From assembly GCA_025558095.1 (NCBI GenBank), contig JAIVFI010000011.1, positions 752,568 to 816,567 on the forward strand: DNA of 64,000 nt, in the 5' to 3' direction. The notes beneath the pieces were generated by a model, which saw only the letters and a list, made by a program, of their open reading frames with translations, did not search any database and was not told the origin of the DNA. The translations under genes and the position numbers were made by a program. The DNA is from Hyaloraphidium curvatum SAG 235-1. Lineage: Eukaryota; Fungi; Monoblepharomycota. Numbering within the stretch: position 1 is the stretch's first letter; each line of letters begins with the position of its first letter. This document shows, one piece after another, positions 10,446-21,707 of this stretch.

Positions 10446-11310
10446 GTGTTCGGCCCCGCCGCGGGCGCGTCCCGTGCGGAGGGCACCGCGCAGGCGCGGA
10501 AGCTCCTCTCGCGGGCACGCAATGCGCTCAAGGACGTCTTCACCTTGCGCCACCCGCAGGCCCGGAACGACGCGGACGTGCTGCCCGACGACGCGTACGA
10601 ATACGTGCTGTCGGGAGGGCCGGTCGGCGCCGCCCCCGGGGCCGCGGCGTGCGCGTGGCTCGAGGCGTGCACCAGCGGCGACAAGGACTTCCCGCCGTGG
10701 GTCGTGCTTACCATGGGCCCCGGCATCGATGAGGCCACCAAGCGGGCGGCCAGCAACGCCCTGACCGCCGCGTTCCCGATGCTGGCCGAGGTCCCGCACC
10801 GCCGCATTGATCTCGGCGAGGTGCGCTTGGATCGCGGAGCTGGCAGCTTCCGCCTGTTTGCCACGACCGGGTTCGGCCCGCGCGAGGGGGAGCCCGGGTT
10901 CACGGGCATGGGCGAGCGGGCGAGCGAGACCAGTCTCGGCACCGTGCTCTCCCTCGTCGAGTCCCACGCAAACCTCGAGGTCGGAAGGGCGCTCATTAGC
11001 TACAGCAACGGCGAGATGGACCGGGCGGGCGTGACCGTGGAGCTCGTCGGCGCGGCGGACGAGTGGCGCCGCTTCGGGATCGGCGCGGCCATGTGCCGCC
11101 AGGTCGAGCGGTTTGCCGCGCGCACGTTCAGATGGGCGGAGGTGCTCCCCGTGCAGGTCAGCTACGTGACCAACCGGGGCGGCGGCGGGGATGTTCCTGG
11201 CGGCGGGGTTCCAGGACCAGGACGGGATGCTGGAGGAAATGGTAAAGATGGTGTACCCGGACGACGTGCTCCAGGGTGACGATTGGATCAACAACGACGA
11301 GGCCATGTAG
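10446..11310 (+). pseudogene. GNAT-like acetyltransferase domain protein with a +1 frameshift at the G4 run 11176-11179; true start uncertain (possibly an exon at ~10182)
   Basis: Motif A-like VGAADEWRRFGIGAAM. Removing one G gives motif B-like VTNRAAAGMFLAAGF and an open frame to TAG at 11308-11310. Confidence 0.55.
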
Positions 11311-11628
11311 CTGTTCTGGCGAGCTCCATCCCTTTTCCGTTGTACCTCATCGAAGAGATTTCGTGGGCGTTGGGCCCCGATCTTGCGTGCCCGCCTTCGC
11401 AAGCACGATTCCGGCCCCGGCGCTTTGGGCGGACCGTTTCCTGGACGGCTGTACTATCCCATCCGGGAAGCCTAGAGCGCGGCTCAATGCCTCGGTGGGA
11501 TCGGCGGGTCGGGCATTCGCCCCATGGCTCAGCCGCACATGCACAGCACTGCTTAGCTCCGACAAGTTGAGAGAACATAAAGCCAGCGCGCGCACTCCAC
11601 GGCAGCGCTGCTTCCTAAAGACAAAGAT

Positions 11629-12730
11629 ATGCCAACATACCTTTTCCTGTGGAACCCCGGACAAGTGGCCGTGGGACGAGCTGCCGCGCGACGCGGCCGA
11701 GGTCACGGCCACGGGATCCTTCAGGGGCCGCTGGTCCTGCGGGAACACCACCGCCATCCGCGAGAACGACCGGGCTTTCCTCCTCCGCGTCGGCAGCGAC
11801 CAGCACAATCGGGGCATCGTCGGTTCCGGCTGGGTCGTGCGGGAGATGTTCTCGGAGCCGCACTGGGACGCCCGGCGCGCCGCGGCCGGGGACCTCGCCC
11901 ACTACGTCGAAATCAGATGGGACGCGCTCCTCGTTCCGGGGACCGACCCGGTGTTCCCGCGGGGCACGCTCGAAGCCCCTCCATTGTCGGCCATGAACTG
12001 GTCGCAGCTCCGTTCGGGTGTCCGGATTCCGGACGGAGTTGCCGACGCCCTTCAAACTGCCTGGGAAGCGCACCTGCAGGTCGCTCAACCGGCGATACCT
12101 CCAATCGAGGGAAATGCAGACGGCGGTGCGGGCGCTCCCGGGCCCGGCGACGGTGATCAACCGGGGAACGGACCTGCACAAGACGCCGACGAACACATGG
12201 AGGAACCGGACGCGGGCCAAGGGGGCTCTCAAAACATTGGCGAAGATGCCGGGGATGACGACATGACCGACGACGACTCGGGAGCCGAAGACGACCCGTC
12301 ACTTTCTGTGGTCGCCGACCTCCTGGATCAAGTCGGGCCGGCGGAGGGAGTGGCGCTGAGGAGGTACAGGCGGGGACAGAAGGCATTCCGCGTCAACGTC
12401 CTCGGCGTGGAATCACAGTGTCGCCTGACCGGAGTCAGCGACCCGGCCTTCCTGATCGCAAGCCACATCAAGCCGTGGAGGAGCTGCACCACCGACATCG
12501 AGAAGATGGACGGCAACAACGGGCTCATGCTCACCCCCAGTGTGGATTGGCTTTTCGACAAGGGGTTCATCAGCTTCGAGGACGACGGGGAGGTGATTTG
12601 GTCCCCGCAGCTCGATCAGAACGTCAGGGAACGGCTGGGGTTGGGGGCTGTTCCGGCCAATGTTGGTCCTTTCAACGATCAGCAGCGCGGATACCTCAAA
12701 CATCACCGCGAGAACGTGTTTAAGCCGTGA
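11629..12730 (+). CDS. Bacterial-type EVE/PUA-like + HNH endonuclease (McrA-like, modification-dependent restriction type); +1 frameshift at the C4 run 11655-11658
   Basis: MPTYLFLWNP|DKWPW...GRWSCG...DRAFLLRVG...GIVGSG N-domain; acidic linker; HNH_2-type RRGQKAFR..CRLTG..LIASHIKPW..DGNNGLML..DWLFDKGFISF. No introns. Confidence 0.8.
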
Positions 12731-12753
12731 TCAAGGGTATAAACTGGGTTTGC

Positions 12754-13853
12754 TCATTGTAATGGGTCTCTATGAATCTTTCGTCGCTTCGCCCAGTTTA
12801 ACATCTCCGCCTCCGCATCATCCGCCGCCTCGTCCTCGAACTTGTAGAGGCCCAGCTCGGAAACCACCACGTCCGCGTACCTGCCGAGCACCGCCTCCTC
12901 GACCTTTGCCAGAGAAACTCGCTCGAGCGACGCCTGGCAGCCCGCGAGCACGAGCCGCTTTGCCGCAGGAAATTCAAGCCGCACGAGGACGAGCGTGATG
13001 CCGCCCGTCAGCTCGAGCTCCTCCAGCACGCCGAGCGGGGCGAGCACCCGCGACAGCGAGACGTGCGGGGGGATGGTGGTGAAGCTTTCCACGATGATCT
13101 TACGCGGTCGGAAGTCCGGGCTCGCAAAGAGCTTCCCGGCGTCCGGGAGCTCCCTGAACATCAGCGCGAGCGACGTCGCGCCGGATCGGAGGAGGGGCAA
13201 CCACAGCAGGGTGTCGAAAAGGTCCTTGTGCCGTTCCCGGGCGTCGAGTTCCAGTGACAGCGCGCACCCCGTGGTCTCCACGACTGCAACGAACCCCGCA
13301 GCATCCCTGGGAAGCTCGCCCGCCCAGTACAGGTGCTTCAGCCCCGGCGGGAGCAGCACGCGCGGGCTGCGCCGGCCCTGCTTCGGGCGGCGGACGGTGC
13401 GGTCCACCCTGAGCCTGTCGAGGCGCTTCATCCCGGAAACGAGCTCGAAGACGGGCTTCTCGTCCTCCCACCCCAGGCCCAGCTCGAGCTCCCGCAGGTT
13501 GCAAAAGAGCATCGTATGGGCCAGGCTCAGCCGGGGGCCGCCGAGGTTCGCTCGGCGCACGAGGTTGGCGTGCTTGAGCGCCGTCCGCATGAAGGACGGC
13601 GCCGACGCGTGCGCCGCAGTGATACGGGAGTACAGCACGGGCAGAGCGAGGTCGTGGATCTCCCTGCAGGCGAGGGAACATTCCAGGATGGTCCTTTTGC
13701 AGCCCATCGCCTCGAGGAGCAGGAAGACATCGCGGAGGAGGTCCAGCGGAAGAGCCTGAAGAGCGGGGCCACAGTCCTCGCCGGGCCCGTCCCCGGATCC
13801 GGGTTCCGCATGGGATTCCTCAGTCCCTGTGCTGGAGCTATCCGACGCGTCAT
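12754..13853 (-). pseudogene. F-box/LRR-like family copy 1; upstream ATG is one base out of frame
   Basis: GPALQALPLDLLRDVF..CKRTILECSLAC, LxxLxL repeats, LFASPDFRPRKI. ATGACGCG would read MDAS, as in paralogs, if one G were added. Confidence 0.7.
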
Positions 13854-14009
13854 CACAGGCTGATAAGCGGAAAAAAATGATTGACAGGCAAAATGGAACT
13901 GGTGAAGATGGCCGCAGCCCGCCACATCGACTCGTCGCGCCGATCGAATCACCGCCCGCCCGGCGGGGTAGAGCGGGCCGGCGAGCGCGTTTCCGCCCAC
14001 TTTCGCCCG

Positions 14010-15106
14010 ATGAGCTCGGTCGAAGACGCGTCGCCAGGGCCCGCTGACGGGTCCGGTGCCCCGGATCCGAGGGTAGCCGACCCCGCCGATGGCGGTCCCG
14101 CCTTGCCGCCCGAGCTGATTCGCATGGCCCTCTCCGAGCTGGACGCGATGCACTGCAAGAGCACTATTCTGGAGTTCGCCCTCGCGTCCAAGGAGGCGTA
14201 CGACCTCGCGCAGCCCGAGCTCTACGCGCGCATCTGCACCGAAGACACCCTGGTCCCATCCTTCTTCGCGGCGGCCCGGAAGCACGCCAACCTCGTGAGG
14301 GACCTTGATCTGGGCCGAGCTTCCGGTCTCCCCCGCATCACTGCGTGCCTGGCCCTTTCGGGGCCCTGCGCTCGCTCCGCATCTACGCCGAGGGCGATTC
14401 GGAGGACCTCGCGCTCCAGCTGATCCCGGGGCTCGCGAACCTGGAAGCCCTCGACCTCGACTATTCGACGGAGGACGACGAAGATGTGCTGTTGGCCCTG
14501 CCAGCCGGCATCAGATCCGTCAAGCTCGTAACCAGGTTCCCTCGGGACGCGGATGCTTTCGCTGCGGCCTTCGAAGCTCTTGCGGGCCTGGAAGCATTGG
14601 AGCTGCACACTTGGAAGACGCTCCCGGGCGCTTTCGAGCCCTTGCTCCGGCTGCAATACGTCGTTTCGGCGCTCAGGACCGTGGGCCTGCACGCCGAAGA
14701 GCTGCAGCACGCGGAGGGACTGTTCCGGAGCCCGGCCTTCCGCCCGCGGAAGATCAAGCTGGACTTTATCGGGGGTTACTCTCCGCCGGCCGTCCCCGAG
14801 TCCGTTTCGAGCATCCCCGGCCTGTGCGAGCTCGAGCTGATGGACGGGATGACGTCGTTCCTTCGCGAGGCCAACCTCCCCCCCGCGGAAACCCTCACGA
14901 TCGTTTCTTTCGAGGCATCCCTGGACGAGGACGAGCTCCCCCGCGTCGAGGAGATGCTCCGGGCCGAGTACGCCGGCGTCGTCGTGCGGGAGCTGCAGCG
15001 TGCCCCCGAGGAGGACCGGGCCGAGGCCGCGGAGGCCGAGCTGGCCATGTGGAGGAGGGTAGCCGGGGCGCAGGTCGGCTTTGCGATTGCGGACGACGAC
15101 TTTTGA
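14010..15106 (+). pseudogene. F-box/LRR-like family copy 2; frameshift at the T run 14356-14358
   Basis: GPALPPELIRMAL..ILEFALASK in one frame; FGALRSLRI...LFRSPAFRPRKI...AELAMWRRV in the next. Confidence 0.8.
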
Positions 15107-15302
15107 TGGTTGATGGAGGACATGTCGAAGTACGTCTTCCCGGAGGACGTGATCAACCGGTATGGGTTTTACTGGGCGACGGAATCGACACGGGCCACGG
15201 AGACTGGCGAATCGCCATGAGGTGCACGTTGTATCTTGAGTTTTGGAGCAGTCAGATTACACAGGTCCGCACCTGACTTCCGACTAACGCCCGCTCCCTC
15301 CC

Positions 15303-16703
15303 TCACTTGCCGACGCGGATCAGCTTCTTGTTGACAAACTCCTCGATGCCGTAGCGCCCCAGCTCGCGCCCGAACCCGGACCGCTTGACGCCGCCGAAGG
15401 GCAGCTCGGCGCCGTCGGCACCCACGACGTTGACGAACACCATGCCGGCCTCGATCTGGTCGGCCACCCGCGCGGCCTGCTCCTTGTCGGTCGTGAAGAG
15501 GTACGACCCCAGCCCGAACGGCGTGTCGTTGGCCAGCTCCACCGCCTCATCCTCGTTCGCCACCTTGAACACCTGCGCGACGGGGCCGAAGAGCTCCTCG
15601 CGGAAGGTGCGCGGCACGCCCGTGAGCACGCCGGGGGGGAAGAAGGCGCCCTTGCGGTCGCCCTTGCTGAGCAGCTTGGCGCCCTCGGCCACGGCGCGGT
15701 CGACCTGCGAGGCCAGGCGCTCCGCGGCCAGCATCGACGAGAGCGGGGGGAGGGTGCCGGCGGTGCCGAGGACCTTCTCGGAGAACTTGGAAAGGAAGGC
15801 GTCGTACAGGCTCTCGTGCACGATGAAGCGCTTGCCGGCGTTGCAGGCCTGGCCCGTGTTCTCGAACCGCGCCGCGACGGCGGCCTCGACGGTCGCGTCC
15901 AGGTCGTCGGTCGAGAGCACGATGAAGGGGTCCGAGCCGCCGAGCTCCAGCACGACCTTCTTGAGGTTGCGCCCGGCGATCTCGGCCACGGCCGCGCCGG
16001 CGCGCTCCGAGCCCGTCAGCGAGACGCCCTGGATGCGGGGGTCGGCGATGAGCTTCGCGATCTGCTCGTTGGTCGCGTAGACGTTGTTGTAGCAGCCGGC
16101 GGGGTAGCCGGCATCGTCGTAGATCTTTTGGATGGCGGCGGCGGATTCGGGGCACTGCGGCGCGTGCTTGAGCACGACCGTGTTGCCCAAAGCGAGGTTG
16201 GGGCCGGCGAAGCGGGCCACCTGGTAGTACGGATAGTTCCAGGGCCTGATCAGGGAAGGGCGGCGACGGATCAGCGGGGTGAGATGGAGCGGCGACCGAG
16301 AAACCCACATGATGCCGAGGATGGTGCCGACGGCGGTGCGGCGGATCACGGCGGTCCCCTCGCCGCCCAGCAGCTCGATGGGCTCGTCGGCCAGGAACTT
16401 CTCCGCGTTGTCGCCGTAGTAGTCGTAGATGGCCACGCAAAAGTCGACCTCGCCCAGGGCCTGGTCGAGCGGCTTGCCCATCTCCTTGTTGATGATCCCG
16501 GCCAGCTCATCCCGGCGCTCGGCGTGCAGCGCGGCGACCTTCTTGACGAGGGCGGCGCGCTCGGCGACGGTGGTCTTTTTGGACCACGTCTTGTAGGCGC
16601 CGGCGGCGGCGGCGAGCGCCTCCTCGAGCTGCGCGTCGGTGGCGGTCGGGTACGTCTTGACCGTCTGGCCGGTCGCGGGGTCGACCACGGCGTATCCGCT
16701 CAT
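15303..16703 (-). CDS. NAD(P)-dependent succinate-semialdehyde dehydrogenase-like ALDH; one in-frame intron (16246-16308)
   Basis: PWNYP, LKHA, LTGSERAG, LELGGSDP, catalytic GQACNA, EELFGPV, PFGGVKRSGFGRE. Confidence 0.93.
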   Translation of the reverse strand: MSGYAVVDPATGQTVKTYPTATDAQLEEALAAAAGAYKTWSKKTTVAERAALVKKVAALHAERRDELAGIINKEMGKPLDQALGEVDFCVAIYDYYGDNAEKFLADEPIELLGGEGTAVIRRTAVGTILGIMWVSRSPLHLTPLIRRRPSLIRPWNYPYYQVARFAGPNLALGNTVVLKHAPQCPESAAAIQKIYDDAGYPAGCYNNVYATNEQIAKLIADPRIQGVSLTGSERAGAAVAEIAGRNLKKVVLELGGSDPFIVLSTDDLDATVEAAVAARFENTGQACNAGKRFIVHESLYDAFLSKFSEKVLGTAGTLPPLSSMLAAERLASQVDRAVAEGAKLLSKGDRKGAFFPPGVLTGVPRTFREELFGPVAQVFKVANEDEAVELANDTPFGLGSYLFTTDKEQAARVADQIEAGMVFVNVVGADGAELPFGGVKRSGFGRELGRYGIEEFVNKKLIRVGK

Positions 16704-17151
16704 CTGTGACGCCGAAACAATCGTAAACGAAAGTCCAGGAACACGTCTGCGGTGTCCGCGGAGCGCGATGGCGGCGGCGACGCGTCGTCGGGGAACACCG
16801 CCCGCAAGTCGAGCGACGCCGCCCATCGGGGCCCACATCGCGACGTGCGCCGTCTGGGGCCGACGATACCGACCTTGGCAGGCACAATGGACGGCACGGA
16901 GTCGGGGCTTGAGGGCAGACGGTCGCTTTGGCGCGGGAACTGGCGCGAGAGTCGCTTGCTGCCGCTCCGCCCGGATCGCCGATCAAAAGAAGGGCGGCTG
17001 TGCGGCCGGACGCCGGACACCTCGAATCATGTGATCGTACCTCGGCAATGGCCTGAACTCAAGAGGAGCTATGGATGGAGACCGGGATCGGTACTGGATG
17101 CGGTCTCAAAGATGGACACCTGCGTTCGCGACCGTGGCGCTGGTTGACGAT

Positions 17152-18237
17152 CTACCCAAACTCGACATCCACGACTTGCAAGTTCCCGTCCGTGATCCTC
17201 CTCCACATGGCCACCTCCGCGACGTCGGCGTGCCTGCCGTGAGTGCGGAGCCCCTGCAAGACGATCGCGCTGTACTTGCTGCGCAGCATCGCCTCGACGC
17301 CGCCGAGGTCCGGTTCGGGAAGCGACGCGTTGAAGTAGTGGATGGAAAGAGTTTGGGCGGGGGGAAGGCCGGGCACCAGGATGACGGATGTTGCGCCGAA
17401 CGTCAGATGGAGCTCGCCGAGCCCGCTCAATGCGGAAAGGGACCCGGGGATGATCCAGGGGATTTCCACCACACGAAAGTCGATCTTGATGGCCCAAGGC
17501 TGGAAATCCGGGCTCCGAAACAGGCCGTCCGCGTGGTGCAGGTCATTGGAGCGTAGACCGAGGGTCCGGAGTGCCGACACGACGTGATTCAGGGGCAGCA
17601 GAGGATCAAATGCCCCCTCGAACAAACCATAAGTGTCGAGATCGAAAACGATCAGGCTCGTGAGGGGCTCCAAGGCCGCAGCGAAAGCTGCAGCATCCCG
17701 AGGGAACTCCGTTTCCAGCTGCAGGGAACGGAGGCCAGCAGGCAGAGCCAAGCGCAGCTCGCGGCTGGTGAATGGCATGAAGTAGATTTGAAGGAGCTCC
17801 AGATTCTCCAGTCCGGGGATCAGCTTCCATGCCACGTCATCCCAATCGCCCACGGCGCGTACGCGGAGCGAGTGCAGGTCATCAAAAAGGGCCAGGCACG
17901 CTGTGACGCGGGATTCGCTGGACTTTCCGCTGCGCAGATCGAGTTCCCGGACGAGGCTTGCGTGCTTCCGAGCGCTCGAGAAGAAGGCCGGAGCCTCGGT
18001 GTCTGCGGTGCAGATGCTCGCGTAGAGCACGGGCAGCGCGAGATCCTACACCTCTTTGGAGGCGAGGGCTAACTCCAGAATAGTGCGCTTGCAGTGCTTC
18101 GCGTCCAGCTCGGCGAGGACCATGCGAATCAGTTCAGGAGGCAGGGCCGGACCGTCGTCCGCGGCCGCAGCTCCGGACGTCTCGGGGGCCGCAGACACGT
18201 TGCCGGTCCCGGCCGACGCGTCTTCGATCGAGTTCAT
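17152..18237 (-). pseudogene. F-box/LRR-like family copy 3; in-frame TAG at 18046-18048 where copy 2 has TAC (Tyr)
   Basis: DGPALPPELIRMVL..ILELALASKEV*DLALPVLY. Close inverted paralog of 14010-15106. Confidence 0.82.
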
Positions 18238-18364
18238 CAGTACAATAACGGAAACGGGGGCTCGCAGGTGGTTCTTCGGGCAGTGATTGTCGGCGCCTGT
18301 GCAGGTGAGTCGAGTGGTTGCCGCGTTTTCGGCACCTATTCCACAACTCTCCGCGCGCCGTCTA

Positions 18365-19909
18365 ATGGCCGCGGCGCCGGAAGTCGAGCTCGACATCCGC
18401 CGACGTGCCGCCGCGGCCGGCGATGCGGAGCCCGGCAACCATGACGAATCGCGGGACAAATCGCACCCCGAAGAAGGGCCCTTCGCCTTGGACGGCTACG
18501 AATGGTTCGCGCTCTTCCCCTTCCGCGTGCCGCAGAGCGGAACCCTGAGGGTGGATGGCGCGGCGTTGCCCGACCCGGCCGCCGATCTGCGGGACCTGAA
18601 GCCGCACGACTACGAGTCGATGCTCGCGGCGTGCAGGGAGACGCGCCGGCCCGGAATCGCCTTGCTTGTGCGTGCACATTGCGCCCTCTGGCTGGGGAAC
18701 TTTGTCGACAGTGTCTGCATATGTCTGCTCAGAGTGCCCGTGGTCGCGGCGGCATTGACTCTTGCTGGCGGCAGTATTCTCTTTCCGGCACGGAACTTGT
18801 GGCTCGGTGCGTTTGCCCTCCCTTTCGATCTTCTCTGGAGCGTCGCTGTCTGGACTTTCGTCGCGCTGAAGACGGGCGATTTTCTTTGGCCACGGCGGGG
18901 GTTCAGGGGCGGGTACATCATCAGGACCTCGGGCATATCGAACATGTTCTCGTGGTCCTTGCTGGTTCGAGAACGGCCGCATTCGCGACTCTTGATGCAC
19001 CGCGCTCAGGACCCGTCTTGCACGTGCACCGAGCCCGCCTGCTCCGGCGACATAAACCGGATCGATGCCACGGCCCGCATCTCCGAACTCTGCGTGTTCT
19101 CCGCCGTAGTTCTCGCCATCATTCCTTTCCTTGTCTGGACCCCTGCCGTCACGCTGTCGTCCGCCTTCTGGCCGTCGCCGTGGGCGGTTGCCGGCGCGCT
19201 CTGCATGCTGTCTGCCCTGGCGTCAGTTCCCATCCGCCTTTCCCGCATCATACACATGCCAAGCATTCCGTCGTTGCGGTTCGAAGGACGGCTCCGGCTG
19301 CGGGCCTCGGCCCTGATACTGGAGGACCTCCTCTCGCGGAACGGCGTGGCCGTCCGCAAGCCCGGATCCCGTCGGACCCCGGAGGAACAGGAGCCGTACG
19401 TGGACATGTGCCGCACGCTGTCGGAATACTGGTCCTTTGCCGGCAGGTTCAGCCCCAACGCGGTCCGGTTCACCCTGCTGCTCCACGGCTCCGCCGTGCT
19501 CCTCGCGTTCGCGTTCAATGCCGGCGCCGGGTGCATGACCGCGTGGCAGCTGGCCTCGCTGGCCCAGCTCGCCGGGTTCGTCGCGACCATGCTGGTACAC
19601 ATGGCGGAGCAGAATGCGCAGGTGGCGGGCGTCACGGAGCTCTGGATCCAGGCGCAGGGAGAGCTGAGGATGCTCGCGCTGCGGACCAAGGATGGCGTGC
19701 TCAAGGGGGAGCTGGAGGCCCACGCGCGGGCCCTGGCGAGCTTCGTGGAGAGGGGCAACACTTTCCGGGCCAAGCTGCTCGGGATCACCGTGGATTACGG
19801 CACGCTGAGGGCGCTTGTCGCGACGGCGATCACCGTCGCGGTCGGGCTGTTTGGGATCCTGCGGGCCGCGGGGCTCAGGCTGACTTTGGAGACGTTCTGC
19901 CCGGTGTGA
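18365..19909 (+). CDS. Multi-TM gustatory-receptor-like (GRL/7TMIC-like) protein, copy 1
   Basis: Intact ORF with about 7 hydrophobic segments. C-terminus FRAKLLGITVDYGTLRALVATAITVAVGLFGILR resembles the GR TM7a/7b region. Confidence 0.65.
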   Translation: MAAAPEVELDIRRRAAAAGDAEPGNHDESRDKSHPEEGPFALDGYEWFALFPFRVPQSGTLRVDGAALPDPAADLRDLKPHDYESMLAACRETRRPGIALLVRAHCALWLGNFVDSVCICLLRVPVVAAALTLAGGSILFPARNLWLGAFALPFDLLWSVAVWTFVALKTGDFLWPRRGFRGGYIIRTSGISNMFSWSLLVRERPHSRLLMHRAQDPSCTCTEPACSGDINRIDATARISELCVFSAVVLAIIPFLVWTPAVTLSSAFWPSPWAVAGALCMLSALASVPIRLSRIIHMPSIPSLRFEGRLRLRASALILEDLLSRNGVAVRKPGSRRTPEEQEPYVDMCRTLSEYWSFAGRFSPNAVRFTLLLHGSAVLLAFAFNAGAGCMTAWQLASLAQLAGFVATMLVHMAEQNAQVAGVTELWIQAQGELRMLALRTKDGVLKGELEAHARALASFVERGNTFRAKLLGITVDYGTLRALVATAITVAVGLFGILRAAGLRLTLETFCPV

Positions 19910-19989
19910 ATCGCGAATTCGTAGAGCTCCGCCTGGACTGCAGTCTCGCACCCCGTTGGACTCACGTCCAGCGTCCCAAAGCATAATGA

Positions 19990-20509
19990 AGCTTGCGCCT
20001 CACCCAGCCTACGATACAGTGCACGAGAGTTCGGACGCAACCCCCTCCCACATGTCGAGCTCCCCTGAAGGTGGTCGCACTCGAGTAAACGGAGCTGGAG
20101 GAGGCCGAAGATCTGTTCCGGAGCGCCTGCTCCCGGCCGCGCAGGATCAACGTGCATTTCCGCGGGCTCGGCGACCGCCTTCCCGCGGCGGTCCCTCGAT
20201 CATTCGCGGACATCCCGGAACTTACTCGCTCGAGCTGCGCCACGCCCATACGTCCCTCTTTGCCAAGTGGGCTTTGTCGCGGGCGCGCAAGCTCGTCCTC
20301 CGGGACTGCCTCGCCTCGCTACGCGAAGGATCGGTGCCGGCGGTCGATACGGCCTTCCGGGAACGGTTCGGGGAGGTTGTCCCAGGCTACACTTTGGCGA
20401 GCGGGAGAGGAGGGCGCCGAAGGACCCCGACGAGGAGGCGGAGAAGGCCATGTGGCACAGGCTCGTGCGCGGGAGGCACATCGTGTTCACGTACAATAGG
20501 AGGGAATAG
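19990..20509 (+). pseudogene. 3' fragment of an F-box/LRR-like gene spread over three frames
   Basis: EDLFRSACSRPRRI / YSLELRHAHTSLF..ARKLVL / EEAEKAMWHRLV match the family C-terminal motifs. Confidence 0.65.
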
Positions 20510-20535
20510 GAAGGCGGATACATCGACGAAGTCTA

Positions 20536-21408
20536 TTAGTCCAGCTCGTCCATGCCCCCGGTCCGCTGCGGCTGCGGCTGCTGCGCGGGTGCCGGAGCCG
20601 TAGGCTGCGCCAGCTGGACGAGCTGCGCCGCCTGCGCTGCGCCCGCGCCCGCGGGACGGGAAGGAGGCGGCGGGATCCGGTCGTCGAAGGAGAAGGCGTG
20701 CCTCAGCACTGCGGCGTCGACAGCCGCCGGCGAGGTCAGCTCCCTCAGCCGCTCGAGGAGCGACGCCAGGTGCCTCGCTTCCGCCCTCTCGGCGTCGTCC
20801 TTCTGCCTCCAGGAGTTGACGTACATGGCTTTGAAATCCTTGGTCTTCTCGTGCCTCTCCTCCGCGCTCCGGCCCCTGTAGAGCTCCTTGCACCTCTCGT
20901 ACGCCTCCTCCGCGTGCTTCGCGAGGTCCTTGGCGCTGCCGACACCTTTGCAGACGTCCACTGCCTCGTTGAGGAACCTGGCGATGCCTTCCTCTCGGCC
21001 GCCTTTGCGGAACGCGGCGACGATGGCGGCGGAGAGCACGCCGATCCGGCTGCCGGCGGCGTCCGCGGCCTCGACGGATTCCCTGCCGGCGCGCACGGGA
21101 CGTTCCTTGGTCCCGACGAGCCGGCCGATCTTCTCGGCCAGCCGCCTGATTGCGAAGTAGTTCTGCAAACCCGTCAGGGTCGCGTGCCCCGTCCGGGTCC
21201 GAGGCGGCGGGACCCACGCCGAGCACCGTCCACGCATCGCGCTCGTACTCGTTCACCTCCTCCGCAAGATCGGCGACGAGCGTCCTCGTGGTGTCCGTGG
21301 CCTTGGGCGGGGCTCCGTCGTCGAACTGTGCGGGCGGGTCAGTGCCACGCGGGCGGCGGGGCGTGCCGGGAGGGGCGGACGTACGAATTCCGCGTCGCGG
21401 TCGGCCAT
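20536..21408 (-). pseudogene. Uncharacterised helical protein; one intron plus a +1 frameshift at the G4 run 21187-21190
   Basis: MADRDAEF, GTACG..CAG intron, then GC3-biased coding that continues only after removing one G. Confidence 0.5.
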
Positions 21409-21707
21409 CGCGGCAGTGCGACGGAAGGGTCGCGTCGGCGAGGGAGGGCGGGCCGTGATGGCCGCGGGGAACGTGACGGGAACGGGCCGGAGTTTGCTCT
21501 GGATGCTTGCGCTACGCGCGCTGTGACGTTCTCTCGCCCGACCACCGCAATGTGTAACCACCGCAGCAGCGGACTCTCAGATGAGTCGCGTCTCGAGACC
21601 GTGCCAAACGGACGAGTAAGAGAAGTCGTAGGCAGAATGGGCGGATCGTAATCCCCGCATGGCGACGTTGGAGGGGCACGACCGTCAATCGCTACACCCG
21701 CTTCAGG

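Noticed and set aside
18046-18048. In-frame TAG at a Tyr position as evidence of a variant genetic code
   Set aside because: Single case. TAG terminates several intact genes here (e.g. 34488, 39590, 60609).
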